A DNA stretch of 64,000 bases from Alphaproteobacteria bacterium (GTDB lineage Bacteria; Pseudomonadota; Alphaproteobacteria; JASGCL01). Below are positions 1-10,406 of this stretch, in pieces. The position numbers and the translations under genes were made by a program. The stretch lies in contig CBDHFN010000001.1 in NCBI GenBank assembly GCA_965262605.1, positions 80,566 through 144,565 of the forward strand, in the 5' to 3' direction. A model generated the notes under the pieces. That model searched no databases, was not told the origin of the DNA, and saw nothing but the letters and a program-made list of their open reading frames with translations. Positions within the stretch are counted from its first letter, which is position 1. Each line of letters begins with the position of its first letter.

Positions 1-199
1 GCAGAAATTTATTAACAAAAACCGGTGCTGTTGCCCTGTCTGTTAGTTTTATCAATGCAAATCAATCATTTGCTGATGATGCGATATAAAGTGCAATTAA
101 ACCAAAATAATGTTAATTTGTAATTAATTTACATCTTAGCATTAAATTTTGCAATAATTTAGATATTATTATATTAATCGTAAATTTTTAATATTAATA

Positions 200-228
200 T
201 TGACATTATTTTGCAAATAATTTAAATT
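200..228 (+). promoter_or_regulatory. putative sigma70-type promoter of the ABC importer operon
   Basis: TTGACA (200-205), 17-nt spacer, TAAATT (223-228). It lies ~20 nt upstream of the AGGAGG RBS and the ATG at 249. Confidence 0.3.
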
Positions 229-248
229 AAAATTAACAGGAGGATAAA

Positions 249-1775
249 ATGTTAAACCGCAAGCAATTTTTATACAGCTTTTCAAGTTTGGCTTTATTGG
301 CAATGCCGATAAGCGCGATTCAAGCGCAAACAAAGGGCGGGGTTGCGAATCTTGCCATGATTGGTGAACCACAAACGCTTGACCCAATGACAACCACGGC
401 TGACTTAGTTGGCACAATTATGCAGCATATTTACGAACCTTTATACACATTTGATGCCAAATGGAATATCGTGCCAATGTTGGCAAGTTCTATGCCAAAA
501 ATTACCAAAGAATCAGATGGCGGAGTTTCCTATCAAATTGAAATCCGTAAGGGGGTAAAATTACATAATGGGCGCGATTTAAACGCCGATGATGTGATTG
601 CATCGTTGAATCGGTGGATGGAATTATCGCCCCGCGGTAAATCAATTGCCAAAGAATCGGCAAGCCTAACCGCAAATGGCATGGTTATTTCATGGAAATT
701 AAAAGCTCCCAATGCGTCTTTGCTAGCACAATTAGCTTTACCTTCGGGCATGGCGGCGATTATGGCAAAGGAATCAATTAACGCAACTTTAAGTGATTAT
801 GTCGGCACAGGTCCTTATAAATTCAAGGAACGAAAAGCAGACCAATATATCATCATGACACGATTTGATGGTTATTCAGTGCGTAATGATGGCGTCAAGA
901 AAATGGCTTATTTGGACGAATTGCGTTTTATTCCCGTGTCAAATGCGCAAACAAGGCTTGAAGGCGCAATTGCGGGGCAATTTCATTTTGCCGACCAATT
1001 ACCCGTTGATTCCATCGCAAAATTAGAAAAATCTGATGCATCGGTGGCGGTTTTAACCGAAAGTTTTGGCTTTCCTTACATTGTGTTTAATACCAAAGAA
1101 GGTATTTTTGCCAATAAAGCCCTGCGCCAAGCTGTGCAATTGGCAACCAAGGAATCAGAAATGCTTGAAGCGGCTTTTGGGGACAAAAGATTCTATAAAG
1201 TTGAAGCGAATCATTTTCCCAATGGCACGCCGTATTATTCCGATGCAGGCAAAGAAGTTTACGACCAAGGTAATGCAAATAAAGCCAAAGAAATTGCTAA
1301 AAACGCAGGTTATAAGGACGAACCAATTCGCATAATGGCAAGCCGTCAATATGAATTTCATTATAACATGGCGTTAGTTATGGCGGAACAATTGAAAAAT
1401 GCAGGATTTAAGGTTGATATTCAAGTTGTTGATTGGGCGACTTTGGTGCAAAGACGCGCTGACCCTAAATTATATGATTTATATTTCACGCATTCTGGGC
1501 AGTTCCCTGAACCCATGTTGTCCCCTCCGCAATTGGGTGAAGGTGCGCCCGGATGGTGGGATACAGAAGCCAAGAAATCAAGCTTATTGGCGTTTAACCA
1601 TGAAACCGATATTAATAAACGCGGTGCTTTATGGGGTAAAGTCCAAAGCGTGGTTTATGACGAAGTGCCCTATATTAATGTCGGCAAATTTAGTGCTTTA
1701 TCGTCAAAATCTAAAAAGCTTGAAGGATATACCGCGTCAACTTGGCCTTATTTTTGGAATAGCTATTTGAAATAA
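249..1775 (+). CDS. ABC transporter periplasmic substrate-binding protein, family 5 (peptide/nickel/oligosaccharide, DppA/OppA-type)
   Basis: 508-aa ORF with a signal peptide (SSLALLAMPISAIQAQ). Size and architecture fit family-5 SBPs. It is the first gene of a 5-gene SBP-permease-permease-ATPase-ATPase operon, with AGGAGG just upstream. Confidence 0.85.
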   Translation: MLNRKQFLYSFSSLALLAMPISAIQAQTKGGVANLAMIGEPQTLDPMTTTADLVGTIMQHIYEPLYTFDAKWNIVPMLASSMPKITKESDGGVSYQIEIRKGVKLHNGRDLNADDVIASLNRWMELSPRGKSIAKESASLTANGMVISWKLKAPNASLLAQLALPSGMAAIMAKESINATLSDYVGTGPYKFKERKADQYIIMTRFDGYSVRNDGVKKMAYLDELRFIPVSNAQTRLEGAIAGQFHFADQLPVDSIAKLEKSDASVAVLTESFGFPYIVFNTKEGIFANKALRQAVQLATKESEMLEAAFGDKRFYKVEANHFPNGTPYYSDAGKEVYDQGNANKAKEIAKNAGYKDEPIRIMASRQYEFHYNMALVMAEQLKNAGFKVDIQVVDWATLVQRRADPKLYDLYFTHSGQFPEPMLSPPQLGEGAPGWWDTEAKKSSLLAFNHETDINKRGALWGKVQSVVYDEVPYINVGKFSALSSKSKKLEGYTASTWPYFWNSYLK

Positions 1776-1792
1776 TTATTAGCTATATTCAG

Positions 1793-2755
1793 ATGTTTAT
1801 TCAAATTATCAGGCAAATATTTCAAAAATTATTGACCTTGTTAGCTGTGCTTTTGTTGGTTTCGGTATTGGTTTTTATCATTACGCGATTATCGCATGGT
1901 GACCCGATTGCTTTATATTTGGGCGATAGCGCAAGCATGGACGATGTTGCGAAATTGCGCGAAACTTACGGCTTAAATCAACCCGTTCTGATTCAATATT
2001 TTTATTGGTTGGGGCGGGTTGCTGTCGGTGATTTTGGCAATTCAATTTTTTTGGAAGCTCCCGTTTTGCAAATAATCTTATCGCGCCTTGAAATAACATT
2101 TTTATTGGCAATTTTCGCGATAAGTATTGCATCATTGATTGGTATTCCCTTGGGGGTAATTTCGGCGTTGTTTCAAGGAAAAAAATCGGATATTTTGATA
2201 AGATTCTTTGCCATGGGTGGTTCTTGCGTGCCCAGTTTTTGGCTTGGTTTATTATTCATTCAATTTTTTGCCGTATATTTAGGGATTTTTCCCGTATCTG
2301 GTTATAGTGAACCAGACGCAAATTTCCTGCAACGCACCTATCACTTAATTTTGCCTGCTTCGGTTTTAGGCATTTTAAATTCGGCGTTAATTATCAGATT
2401 TACCCGCGCGGCGATGTTGGATATTTTGAACGAGGATTTTATGCGCACTGCAACCGCCAAGGGATTGCCCCAAAGCACGATAATTTTTAAACATGGCTTG
2501 CGTAATTGCTTAATTCCAATAATCACGGTGGTTGGGCTGACTTTTGCGCTTTTAATTGGTGGTGCGGTTGTCACTGAATCGCTTTTTAATTTACCGGGTA
2601 TCGGTAATTTAGTGGTAAAAGCCGTGTTAAGACGCGATTACCCCGTGATTCAAGGGGCTTTATTGGCGATTGCTTTTATTTATGTCGTAATTAATTTTTT
2701 GATTGATTTGATTTATATTGTGATTGACCCGCGAATAAGGTTAGGTAATTCATGA
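1793..2755 (+). CDS. ABC transporter permease (DppB/OppB-like)
   Basis: 320-aa polytopic membrane ORF. It has the typical BPD-transporter inner-membrane component layout and ends in an ATGA overlap with the next permease. Confidence 0.85.
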   Translation: MFIQIIRQIFQKLLTLLAVLLLVSVLVFIITRLSHGDPIALYLGDSASMDDVAKLRETYGLNQPVLIQYFYWLGRVAVGDFGNSIFLEAPVLQIILSRLEITFLLAIFAISIASLIGIPLGVISALFQGKKSDILIRFFAMGGSCVPSFWLGLLFIQFFAVYLGIFPVSGYSEPDANFLQRTYHLILPASVLGILNSALIIRFTRAAMLDILNEDFMRTATAKGLPQSTIIFKHGLRNCLIPIITVVGLTFALLIGGAVVTESLFNLPGIGNLVVKAVLRRDYPVIQGALLAIAFIYVVINFLIDLIYIVIDPRIRLGNS

Positions 2756-3573
2756 AAAAACTCATTTTTAATCATTTTTTTCTGCCCAGCTTTGCCTTGC
2801 TAATGATAATTGTTGCTTCGTTTGGTATCGTTTATATTTTACCATTTACCGCCAATAAAATGCAGGTAAGTAAACGGCTTCACGCCCCAGATTTCACCCA
2901 TTTATTTGGCACCGATGAATTAGGCAGGGATATTTTAGCGCGGGTATTATTGGGCGGGCAATATACGCTTGGCATTGCCTTATCCGTGGCGATTGGCGCG
3001 GTGGTTTTGGGGGCGATTATTGGTGTGTTGGCGGGATATTATCGCCGTTGTGATTATCCCATCATGCGATTATGCGATGCGATGATGGCTTTTCCCGATA
3101 TTTTATTAGGAATTGCCTTAGTTTCATTATTGGGGGCAAAGGCAACGAATGTTGTAATAGCCTTGATTTTAGTTTATATTCCCCGCGTGGCACGGGTTGT
3201 CAGGTCGGCTTGTTTAGTCATTCGCGAACAATATTATATTGATGCGGCGCGCACTATCGGTTTATCGGATTGGCGCATAATTATTAACCATTTAATGCCG
3301 AATTTAGTTTCATCGTTAATGGTGCAATTTTCATTTATTTTCGCTTATTCCATTTTGGCGGAGGCAGGATTATCGTTTTTAGGTATTGGAGTCAGTGCCG
3401 AAACGCCGACTTGGGGCACGATGATTGCTTCGGCGGTGCAATATACTGATAAAGCGATTTGGTGCATTATTTTTCCGGGTTTAGCCATCATTTTTACCGC
3501 ATTATCCTTGCAATTATTGGGTGATGCTTTACGCGATTTTTTAGACCCTAAATTAAAGAAAATATCAAGATAA
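2752..3573 (+). CDS. ABC transporter permease (DppC/OppC-like)
   Basis: 273-aa membrane ORF, translationally coupled on both sides (overlaps at 2752-2755 and at 3573). Confidence 0.85.
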   Translation: MKKLIFNHFFLPSFALLMIIVASFGIVYILPFTANKMQVSKRLHAPDFTHLFGTDELGRDILARVLLGGQYTLGIALSVAIGAVVLGAIIGVLAGYYRRCDYPIMRLCDAMMAFPDILLGIALVSLLGAKATNVVIALILVYIPRVARVVRSACLVIREQYYIDAARTIGLSDWRIIINHLMPNLVSSLMVQFSFIFAYSILAEAGLSFLGIGVSAETPTWGTMIASAVQYTDKAIWCIIFPGLAIIFTALSLQLLGDALRDFLDPKLKKISR

Positions 3574-4568
3574 TGCGTATTCAAGTAAATAATCTTACCA
3601 CATATTATTGCGAAGAAAACCGCAAAACAGCCCTTATTGAAGGGTTAAATTTTACGATAAATCCTTCACAAACGCTGGCTTTGGTGGGTGAATCGGGCAG
3701 TGGTAAATCCATTACCGCTTTCACCATCGCAAGGTTATTGGCGCGTAATTGCAAATGGCAAATTGACGGCGCGATAAATTTTATCCCCAATGATAAAAAC
3801 CTTGATAAAAGCCCCATTGATTTATTAAAATTAAATACCCACGAATTTAATAAATTGCGCGGCACTGAAATTGCGATGATTTTTCAAGAACCTATGAATT
3901 GCTTAAACCCCTTAATGACGATAAGCAATCAAATAGCCGAATCCGTGATTCAACAATGGGGTTATTCGCATGAAAAAGCCCGAACTCGTGCACTTGAAAT
4001 GCTAGATTTAGTGGAAATTCCCCAAGCCAAAAATCGCCTTGACGATTACCCGCATCAATTTTCGGGCGGTATGCGCCAACGGGTGATGATTGCTTTGGCA
4101 ATGGCTTGCCACCCTTCGTTTTTGATTGCTGATGAACCAACGACCGCGCTTGATGTTACTATTCAAGCGCAAATTTTGAATTTAATCGCAAAAATTAAAA
4201 CCGAATTTCAAATGGCAGTTTTATTTATTACCCATAATTTAGGGGTTGTCGCCCAATATGCTGAATCGGTGGCGGTTATGTATGCGGGGCGAATTATTGA
4301 ATATGGCGATGTGCATGATATTTTTAAAAATCCGCGTCATCGCTATACGAATGCCTTATTGCAAAGCCTTCCCAGTAAGCAGATTGGTATGAAAAAATTG
4401 CAAACTATTGAAGGCATAGCCGCCACGCCTTTTGCGCGGGGCAGTGGTTGTGCCTTTGCCCCGCGTTGCGCCCATCAATCAAGCCAATGCACGCAAATTC
4501 CGAATGATATTTTTGAAAATAATCATTTATTTGCTTGCTGGAATCCAATTGAGGCTAATCATGGTTAA
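3573..4568 (+). CDS. ABC transporter ATP-binding protein (DppD/OppD-like)
   Basis: Walker A GESGSGKS, signature FSGGMRQR, Walker [14 protein letters not shown]-terminal oligopeptide-type extension contains Cys residues. Confidence 0.88.
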   Translation: MRIQVNNLTTYYCEENRKTALIEGLNFTINPSQTLALVGESGSGKSITAFTIARLLARNCKWQIDGAINFIPNDKNLDKSPIDLLKLNTHEFNKLRGTEIAMIFQEPMNCLNPLMTISNQIAESVIQQWGYSHEKARTRALEMLDLVEIPQAKNRLDDYPHQFSGGMRQRVMIALAMACHPSFLIADEPTTALDVTIQAQILNLIAKIKTEFQMAVLFITHNLGVVAQYAESVAVMYAGRIIEYGDVHDIFKNPRHRYTNALLQSLPSKQIGMKKLQTIEGIAATPFARGSGCAFAPRCAHQSSQCTQIPNDIFENNHLFACWNPIEANHG

Positions 4569-5499
4569 TATTTTAACAATTAAGAAATTATCACATTTTT
4601 TTGATACGAAAAAAGGCAAAATTCAAGTTTTGCACGATATTAATTTAACCATTAATCAAGGTGAAACCATTGCTTTGGTGGGCGAATCTGGTTCGGGTAA
4701 AACCACGATTGCGCGGGCAATTGCGAAATTAATCAATATTGCTAAGGGCGAAATTTATTTTCATGATATTGAATATAGCGGCTTTAATGCCAAAAAAATG
4801 TTGCCTTTGCGCGCCAAAATTCAAATGATTTTCCAAGACCCGCATTCCAGCCTTAACCCCCGAATGCGCATTGATTCCATGTTAAAAGAAGTCTTGAAAA
4901 CGCATAATAAGCCTTATTCCGATGCGGATATTGATAAAATATTGCAAATGGTTGCTATGCCAAGTGCCGTTAAAACCCGTTATCCGCATCAATTTTCGGG
5001 TGGACAAAAACAAAGATTGGCGATTGCCCGTGCCTTAGCACCCAATCCCGACCTTTTAATTGCTGATGAAGCCTTGGCGGCGCTTGACATTTCGGTGCAA
5101 GCCCAAATTTTGAATTTATTAATTGATTTGCGTGATAAATCGCAATTAAGCATCTTGTTTATTTCCCATGATTTAGAAATTGTGCAATTTTTTGCTAACC
5201 GCGTTATTGTGTTATATGCGGGGCATATTGTTGAATCGGCAAAAACCGCGGATATATTTGCAAACCCGCGCCACCCATACACGCAAGCCTTATTGGCGGC
5301 ATCACCGCGCCCCGACCCTGACGAAAAAATACTATCCACGCCATTAAAAGGCGAAGTTCCCGATTTATCGCAAAAAATTATCGGTTGCCCATTCCAAAGC
5401 CGATGCCCGATTGCCACCCAAAAATGTCTTGACATTGCGCCGATATTGGCAAATATCACGGCAAGCCATCTGGTTTCTTGCCATAATATAAAGGAATAA
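4561..5499 (+). CDS. ABC transporter ATP-binding protein (DppF/OppF-like)
   Basis: Walker A GESGSGKT, signature FSGGQKQR, Walker B LIADEALAALD. I chose the start at ATG 4561 (MVNILTIKK...), which forms an ATGGTTAA overlap with the upstream stop. The track ORF start at 4432 overlaps the preceding gene. Confidence 0.85.
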   Translation: MVNILTIKKLSHFFDTKKGKIQVLHDINLTINQGETIALVGESGSGKTTIARAIAKLINIAKGEIYFHDIEYSGFNAKKMLPLRAKIQMIFQDPHSSLNPRMRIDSMLKEVLKTHNKPYSDADIDKILQMVAMPSAVKTRYPHQFSGGQKQRLAIARALAPNPDLLIADEALAALDISVQAQILNLLIDLRDKSQLSILFISHDLEIVQFFANRVIVLYAGHIVESAKTADIFANPRHPYTQALLAASPRPDPDEKILSTPLKGEVPDLSQKIIGCPFQSRCPIATQKCLDIAPILANITASHLVSCHNIKE

Positions 5500-5503
5500 T
5501 CAA

Positions 5504-6718
5504 ATGCCCAAAGCCATTTCCCATTACCAAAAAATCCCCAAAAAAGCCAATATTATGCAAGATTCCGTGGGATTTCCCGCAATGATATTAAAAAATTCGG
5601 TGATTGAGCATAATTTACAAATCATGGCGGATTTAGCGCAAAATACTCATTGCGTGCTTGCCCCGCACGGCAAAACCACTATGTCGCCCGAATTATTAAA
5701 AAAACAATGCGCAAATGGTGCATGGGGCATGACGATTGCGAATGTTAATCAAGCGATTAAAGCGGTGAATTGGGGGGTGAAGAATCTTATTATCGCCAAT
5801 CAAGTTATAAGCAAGATTGATTTATTGGATTTAGCGCAATTGCAATCAGAAAATCCCGAAATTTTTATTGCTTTTTTCGTTGATTGCGTGGAATTAGCCG
5901 AATATATCAGCGCGATTTACCCCGCAAACTCGCCCAAGTTAAAAATCTTCATTGAATTGGGCGTGAAGGGCGGGCGCACGGGATTTCGGGCGATTAATGA
6001 TGCGAAAAAAGCCGCAATAGCGATAGCGAAAAATCCTATTTTTCAAATTATTGGCATTGCAACTTACGAAGGTGTGCTAATTAACAAGCAAAAGCCCGAT
6101 GAAATTACCGCGGTTCGCCAATTAATGCAAGATGTCTTAAAATTAAGCCAAGAATTATTGGCAAATGGTGTTTTTGATGATGGCGAAAAAATCTTGATTA
6201 CCGCGGGTGGTTCAGCCGTTTTTGATATAATAACCGATGATTTTAAAAAATTATTTGGCGCAAGATATTTGCCGATTTTGCGTTCGGGTTGTTATATCAC
6301 CCATGACCATATTTTTTATGAACAACATTTGCAAGCGATTCAAGGGCGCAACGATAAATTATCGTTAAAACCAGCCATTGAAGTTTGGTGCATGGTGCAA
6401 TCTTTGCCCGAAGATGATTTGGCAATTTTAACAATTGGCAAGCGTGATATTGGCTATGACTTGCATTTGCCAAAACCAATTAAATATGTTAATGACAAAA
6501 ATCAAATTGTGCCTTCGCCAGATGATTGGCAATTAACCGCGCTTAACGACCAGCATGGTTTTTTGAAATATGATGCCACGAAAATGCGTTTAAAAATTGG
6601 TATGCGGCTTGCTTTGGGCGTATCGCACCCATGCACAACTTTTGAAAAATGGCAAAATATTTTTTTAGTTGACGATAATTATGAAATATTAGATATAATT
6701 ACCACAGATTTTAGTTAG
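5504..6718 (+). CDS. alanine-racemase-fold PLP enzyme, D-amino-acid / amino-sugar-acid deaminase (D-serine-dehydratase-like, DSD1-type) candidate
   Basis: 404-aa ORF with APHGKT (a candidate PLP-lysine motif) near the N-terminus. Its length fits Ala_racemase_N plus a D-serine-dehydratase-like C-domain. It is linked to D-aminoacylase and RidA. Alternative start at 5552 (MQDSVGF). Confidence 0.5.
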   Translation: MPKAISHYQKIPKKANIMQDSVGFPAMILKNSVIEHNLQIMADLAQNTHCVLAPHGKTTMSPELLKKQCANGAWGMTIANVNQAIKAVNWGVKNLIIANQVISKIDLLDLAQLQSENPEIFIAFFVDCVELAEYISAIYPANSPKLKIFIELGVKGGRTGFRAINDAKKAAIAIAKNPIFQIIGIATYEGVLINKQKPDEITAVRQLMQDVLKLSQELLANGVFDDGEKILITAGGSAVFDIITDDFKKLFGARYLPILRSGCYITHDHIFYEQHLQAIQGRNDKLSLKPAIEVWCMVQSLPEDDLAILTIGKRDIGYDLHLPKPIKYVNDKNQIVPSPDDWQLTALNDQHGFLKYDATKMRLKIGMRLALGVSHPCTTFEKWQNIFLVDDNYEILDIITTDFS

Positions 6719-6723
6719 GATAT

Positions 6724-7629
6724 ATGATGATGTTAACGGAACAATTAAAAACAAACTTGCCGAATTTACCCCGCGCAATGCGCCAAGTAATAGGCGTGTT
6801 GCTTGAAAATCCGTCAACTTGTTTAAATTTACCCGTTGATGAATGGGCAAGGCTTGCCCAAGTTTCCACACCAACGATTTTGCGCACCGCCGAAAGATTT
6901 GGATTTGAAGGCGTGCGCGAATTTCGTCTTGCGCTTGCCAAAGACCAAACTTTTAGCCAAGGGCATTTTCACCGCGCGATAAATGATTCCGATGCGCCCA
7001 ATGATATTATCAAAAAAATTATATCCAGTTCCATTGCAAGCCTGATTGATTTAGAACAACAACTTGATTTAACGACATTAATTCGTGTCGTTGATTTATT
7101 GGTTAATGCTAAACGGGTTGATTGTTATTCGGTTGGTGCGACTTCAAATTTTTTGGCGAATGATTTGCAAACTAAATTATTTCGTTTAGGGTTAAGCGCA
7201 AATTCCTTTGCCGATGCCCATTGGCAATTAGTCTCCGCCGCAAGTCTTGGCAAAAAAGGGGTGGCGGTTGCAATTTCTTATATCGGCAAAATGCCCCATT
7301 TATTAGAAGCCGTATCATTGGCAAAAAGTCAAGGCACGAAAATCATTGGGCTTACCCAGCCTAATACCCCGCTTGCCAAATTATGCGATGAAGTTATCGC
7401 GATAAGCGTGCCCGAAGATGCCATCGCCCCCGTTGGCACGGAATCATATTTATGTTATTTATTGACCATTGAAATTATCATGGTGCTTGCCGCCAAGCAA
7501 ATGGGTAATGAATCCTTGCAACAAATGACAAAATTTAAACTATTATTGGAAAAAAATGGGCTTGACGGCAATAAACACCCGACAATTTCATGGTTATGGT
7601 CCAATAAAGATGCAAAAGGAAGCAATTAA
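6724..7629 (+). CDS. MurR/RpiR-family transcriptional regulator (HTH + SIS domain)
   Basis: N-terminal HTH_6-like segment (VSTPTILRTAERFGFEGVREFRLAL) followed by a SIS-type sugar-phosphate-binding domain. 301 aa. Confidence 0.8.
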   Translation: MMMLTEQLKTNLPNLPRAMRQVIGVLLENPSTCLNLPVDEWARLAQVSTPTILRTAERFGFEGVREFRLALAKDQTFSQGHFHRAINDSDAPNDIIKKIISSSIASLIDLEQQLDLTTLIRVVDLLVNAKRVDCYSVGATSNFLANDLQTKLFRLGLSANSFADAHWQLVSAASLGKKGVAVAISYIGKMPHLLEAVSLAKSQGTKIIGLTQPNTPLAKLCDEVIAISVPEDAIAPVGTESYLCYLLTIEIIMVLAAKQMGNESLQQMTKFKLLLEKNGLDGNKHPTISWLWSNKDAKGSN

Positions 7630-9080
7630 TGGCAATTATATTAAAAAATGGCGCAATTATTGACGGCACTAATCGGGCAGAATATTTCGCCGATGTGCAA
7701 ATTATCGGCGATGTTATTGCCCAAATTGCCCAAGAAATAACCCCCGAGCCAGACGATATTATCATTGATTGCACGGGTAAAAAAATTGCCCCCGGATTTA
7801 TTGATGTGCATACCCATGATGACGAAGCGATTTTTAACCATCAGTTAATGCACCCAAAAATTACCCAAGGCATTACTTCGGTTATTGTTGGCAATTGCGG
7901 TATTTCCATCGTGCCGCTTGATTATAAAATACACGATGCGCCATTTAATTTATTTAGCGGGGAATATTTTAAATTTCGGCAATTAAGCGATTATCGCCAA
8001 GCCATCAGCGAACAAAAGCCTTTGGTTAATGTTGGCGCGTTAATTGGGCATACGGCGTTAAGGTTTAAATATATGCGCGACCCGATGCAAATTGCCAGCG
8101 ATGCGGAAATTAAAAATATGGCAAATGAATTAGAAAATTTAATGCAACAAGGGGCTTTGGGCTTGTCCAGCGGGGTTTATTATCACCCTGCGCGCTCTAC
8201 AACTATCCCTGAAATTCAAGCTTTAAGCGCGGTTTTAGCCCGCCATGGCGGTGTTTATACCACCCATATCCGCGATGAACGGGATAATATTATTGATTCC
8301 ATGGACGAGGCAAGCATAGCCGCAGGCGGGGCAAACCATGCGCCCGTGCCTTTAATCTTATCGCATCATAAATGCGCAGGCAAGGCAAACCACGGGCGCA
8401 GTAATGAAACCTTAAACCATATTTTGAAATTAAATCAAAATCAACCCGTCGCATTTGATGCTTACCCATATGAAGCGGGGTCTACAATCTTGCACGAGGA
8501 TTTTATTGTTGGCACGGAAAAAATTCTGATTAGCTTTTGTGATGCTTATCCCGAAATGGTTGGAAAATATTTAGATGATATTGCAAAAATATGGGGAATA
8601 AGCCGCCATGATGCTTGTTTGCGCTTAAAGCCCGCAGGGGCAATTTATTTTCAAATGCGCGCCGATGATGTTGCCCGCATCATTGCGCATCCGTTGGGTA
8701 TGATTGGGTCTGATGGCTTGCCGCATGATAAAAACCCGCACCCAAGATTATATGGCACATTTCCAAGAGTTATTGGTAAATATTGCCGTGATGAACACCA
8801 TTTAGACTTGCCTTTGGCAATTCACAAAATGACCGGATTATCGGCGAAAAATTTTCAATTAACAAAACGCGGGCAATTAATTAACGGAAATTTTGCCGAT
8901 ATTGTGATTTTTGATTACGAAAATATCAACGATTGCGCCGATTTTCAAAATTCGCGGCAATTATCCGTTGGCATTGAATGGGTAATTGTCAATGGCGAAA
9001 TTGCGGTGCGCCCCAATCAACAAATAACGACCCACGGCAATGGACGATATTTGCAACCTAACCATAACCCCCAAATTTAA
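7629..9080 (+). CDS. N-acyl-D-amino-acid deacylase (D-aminoacylase) family amidohydrolase
   Basis: 483 aa with the metal-binding motif PGFIDVHTHDD. Overall length and the C-terminal beta-domain are typical of D-aminoacylases. Confidence 0.8.
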   Translation: MAIILKNGAIIDGTNRAEYFADVQIIGDVIAQIAQEITPEPDDIIIDCTGKKIAPGFIDVHTHDDEAIFNHQLMHPKITQGITSVIVGNCGISIVPLDYKIHDAPFNLFSGEYFKFRQLSDYRQAISEQKPLVNVGALIGHTALRFKYMRDPMQIASDAEIKNMANELENLMQQGALGLSSGVYYHPARSTTIPEIQALSAVLARHGGVYTTHIRDERDNIIDSMDEASIAAGGANHAPVPLILSHHKCAGKANHGRSNETLNHILKLNQNQPVAFDAYPYEAGSTILHEDFIVGTEKILISFCDAYPEMVGKYLDDIAKIWGISRHDACLRLKPAGAIYFQMRADDVARIIAHPLGMIGSDGLPHDKNPHPRLYGTFPRVIGKYCRDEHHLDLPLAIHKMTGLSAKNFQLTKRGQLINGNFADIVIFDYENINDCADFQNSRQLSVGIEWVIVNGEIAVRPNQQITTHGNGRYLQPNHNPQI

Positions 9081-9089
9081 GGAGAAAAA

Positions 9090-9488
9090 ATGAAAAAAAT
9101 TGAATGTTTAGGCGGTGCGCCCATCGCATCAGATAGATTAGCCCGCCCATTATCCCCCGCTGTGCGCGCGGGCGATTTTATTTTTGTATCTGGACAAGTT
9201 CCTGTTAATGAAAATGGCGAATTAGTCGGTGGCAATGTGGAAAATCAAACCCGCCAAGTATTTAAAAACTTAGAAAAAGCCCTTGCGCTTGCTAATTGCA
9301 CGCTTGAAGATGTTGTCAAGGCGACCGTGTGGCTTGAAGATGCCCGCGATTTTACCGCTTTTAACCGCGTATATATGGAATGTTTTGGCGAACATCGCCC
9401 CGCCCGCGCCACGACCGAGGCAAGATTAATGATTGACGCCAAAGTTGAAATTGAAGTTGTCGCGTATAACCCATCAAAAGCAAATTAA
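9090..9488 (+). CDS. RidA/YjgF-family reactive enamine/imine deaminase
   Basis: 132 aa. It has the typical YjgF/UK114 pattern (FVSGQVP..., C-terminal ARATTEA...VEIEVVA). Confidence 0.85.
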   Translation: MKKIECLGGAPIASDRLARPLSPAVRAGDFIFVSGQVPVNENGELVGGNVENQTRQVFKNLEKALALANCTLEDVVKATVWLEDARDFTAFNRVYMECFGEHRPARATTEARLMIDAKVEIEVVAYNPSKAN

Positions 9489-9491
9489 ATT

Positions 9492-10406
9492 ATGGCTAAA
9501 TTTGATTTATTAGTCATCGGCGAACCTATGGTTGAATTTAACATGCAAACCAATGGTCAAGTGCAATTAGGCATTGGCGGTGATGCCTTGCATGTTGTTG
9601 TTGCGGCGAATCGCGCGGGCATACAATCGGCGTTGGTAAGCCAATTGGGCGATGATGAATTTGGCGCAATGATTGCAGATTTTATGCAAACCGAAGGCTT
9701 GTCCGATGAATTTTGCCCCAAAATTCCCAAAACCGATACGGGAATTTATTTTATTCATAAAAAGCCTGATGGGCATTATTTTTCTTATCGGCGCAAAAAT
9801 TCCGCGGCAAGCCTGATACAGCCTGATTTTATCACGCCTGAATTAATCGCATCGGCAAAAATTATTCACGCCAGCGGTATTGGCTTGGCGATTAGCGATT
9901 CCAGTTTTGCCACGATTAATAAAGCCTTTGACATGGCAAAATTGCAAGGCGTAATGACAAGTTTTGATATTAATTATCGCCCAAGATTATGGGACAAAGC
10001 CACAGCGATACCAAAAATAAGCGAAATTATGGCGAAGGCAGATTACCTTTTTCCCAGTATAGAAGACGGGCATTTATTATGGGGCATTGATGATTTATCG
10101 CAAATTGCCGATAATTTTTTGCAATATAATCCCAAAATTTTGGCTTTAACTTTGGGCAAAGATGGTGTTTTTATGGCAAATGGTCAAGAAAAATTCACAA
10201 TTCGCCCGCCCAAAGTCAAGACAATTGACACAACGGGCGCGGGCGATTGCTTCACGGGCAGTTTTTTAAGTATTTATCAGCAAACCACGGATATTCATTG
10301 CGCCACAGAAATTGCCGTTAAAGCAGCCGCGCGGTCAACAGAATCATGGGGTGGCATTAACTCTTACCCTTTACGCCAAGAATATAAAGGGTTTACTATA
10401 TCGTAA
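9492..10406 (+). CDS. PfkB-family sugar kinase (2-dehydro-3-deoxygluconokinase-like)
   Basis: 304 aa with the C-terminal PfkB signature DTTGAGDCF. The N-terminal pattern LLVIGEPMVEF is typical of KdgK-like kinases. Confidence 0.8.
   Translation: MAKFDLLVIGEPMVEFNMQTNGQVQLGIGGDALHVVVAANRAGIQSALVSQLGDDEFGAMIADFMQTEGLSDEFCPKIPKTDTGIYFIHKKPDGHYFSYRRKNSAASLIQPDFITPELIASAKIIHASGIGLAISDSSFATINKAFDMAKLQGVMTSFDINYRPRLWDKATAIPKISEIMAKADYLFPSIEDGHLLWGIDDLSQIADNFLQYNPKILALTLGKDGVFMANGQEKFTIRPPKVKTIDTTGAGDCFTGSFLSIYQQTTDIHCATEIAVKAAARSTESWGGINSYPLRQEYKGFTIS

Noticed and set aside
3-89. Partial ORF at the window edge ending RNLLTKTGAVALSVSFINANQSFADDAI* (looks like a Tat/Sec signal peptide)
   Set aside because: It is truncated by the window and terminates right after the signal-like segment, so it cannot be interpreted.
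4432-4560. N-terminal extension of the second ABC ATPase ORF (track start 4432)
   Set aside because: It overlaps the preceding ATPase gene by 137 nt in another frame and encodes a non-ATPase-like sequence. ATG 4561 gives the canonical N-terminus and an ATGGTTAA stop/start overlap.
4989-5459. Long antisense 'shadow' ORFs inside well-supported genes. This one is an example; others are 15932..16390, 20160..20501, 40890..41306, 44940..45266, 46517..46822, 47040..47339, 52556..52855 and 60715..61020.
   Set aside because: All are fully embedded opposite strongly supported coding regions. They show biased, non-protein-like composition, as expected for antisense frames.
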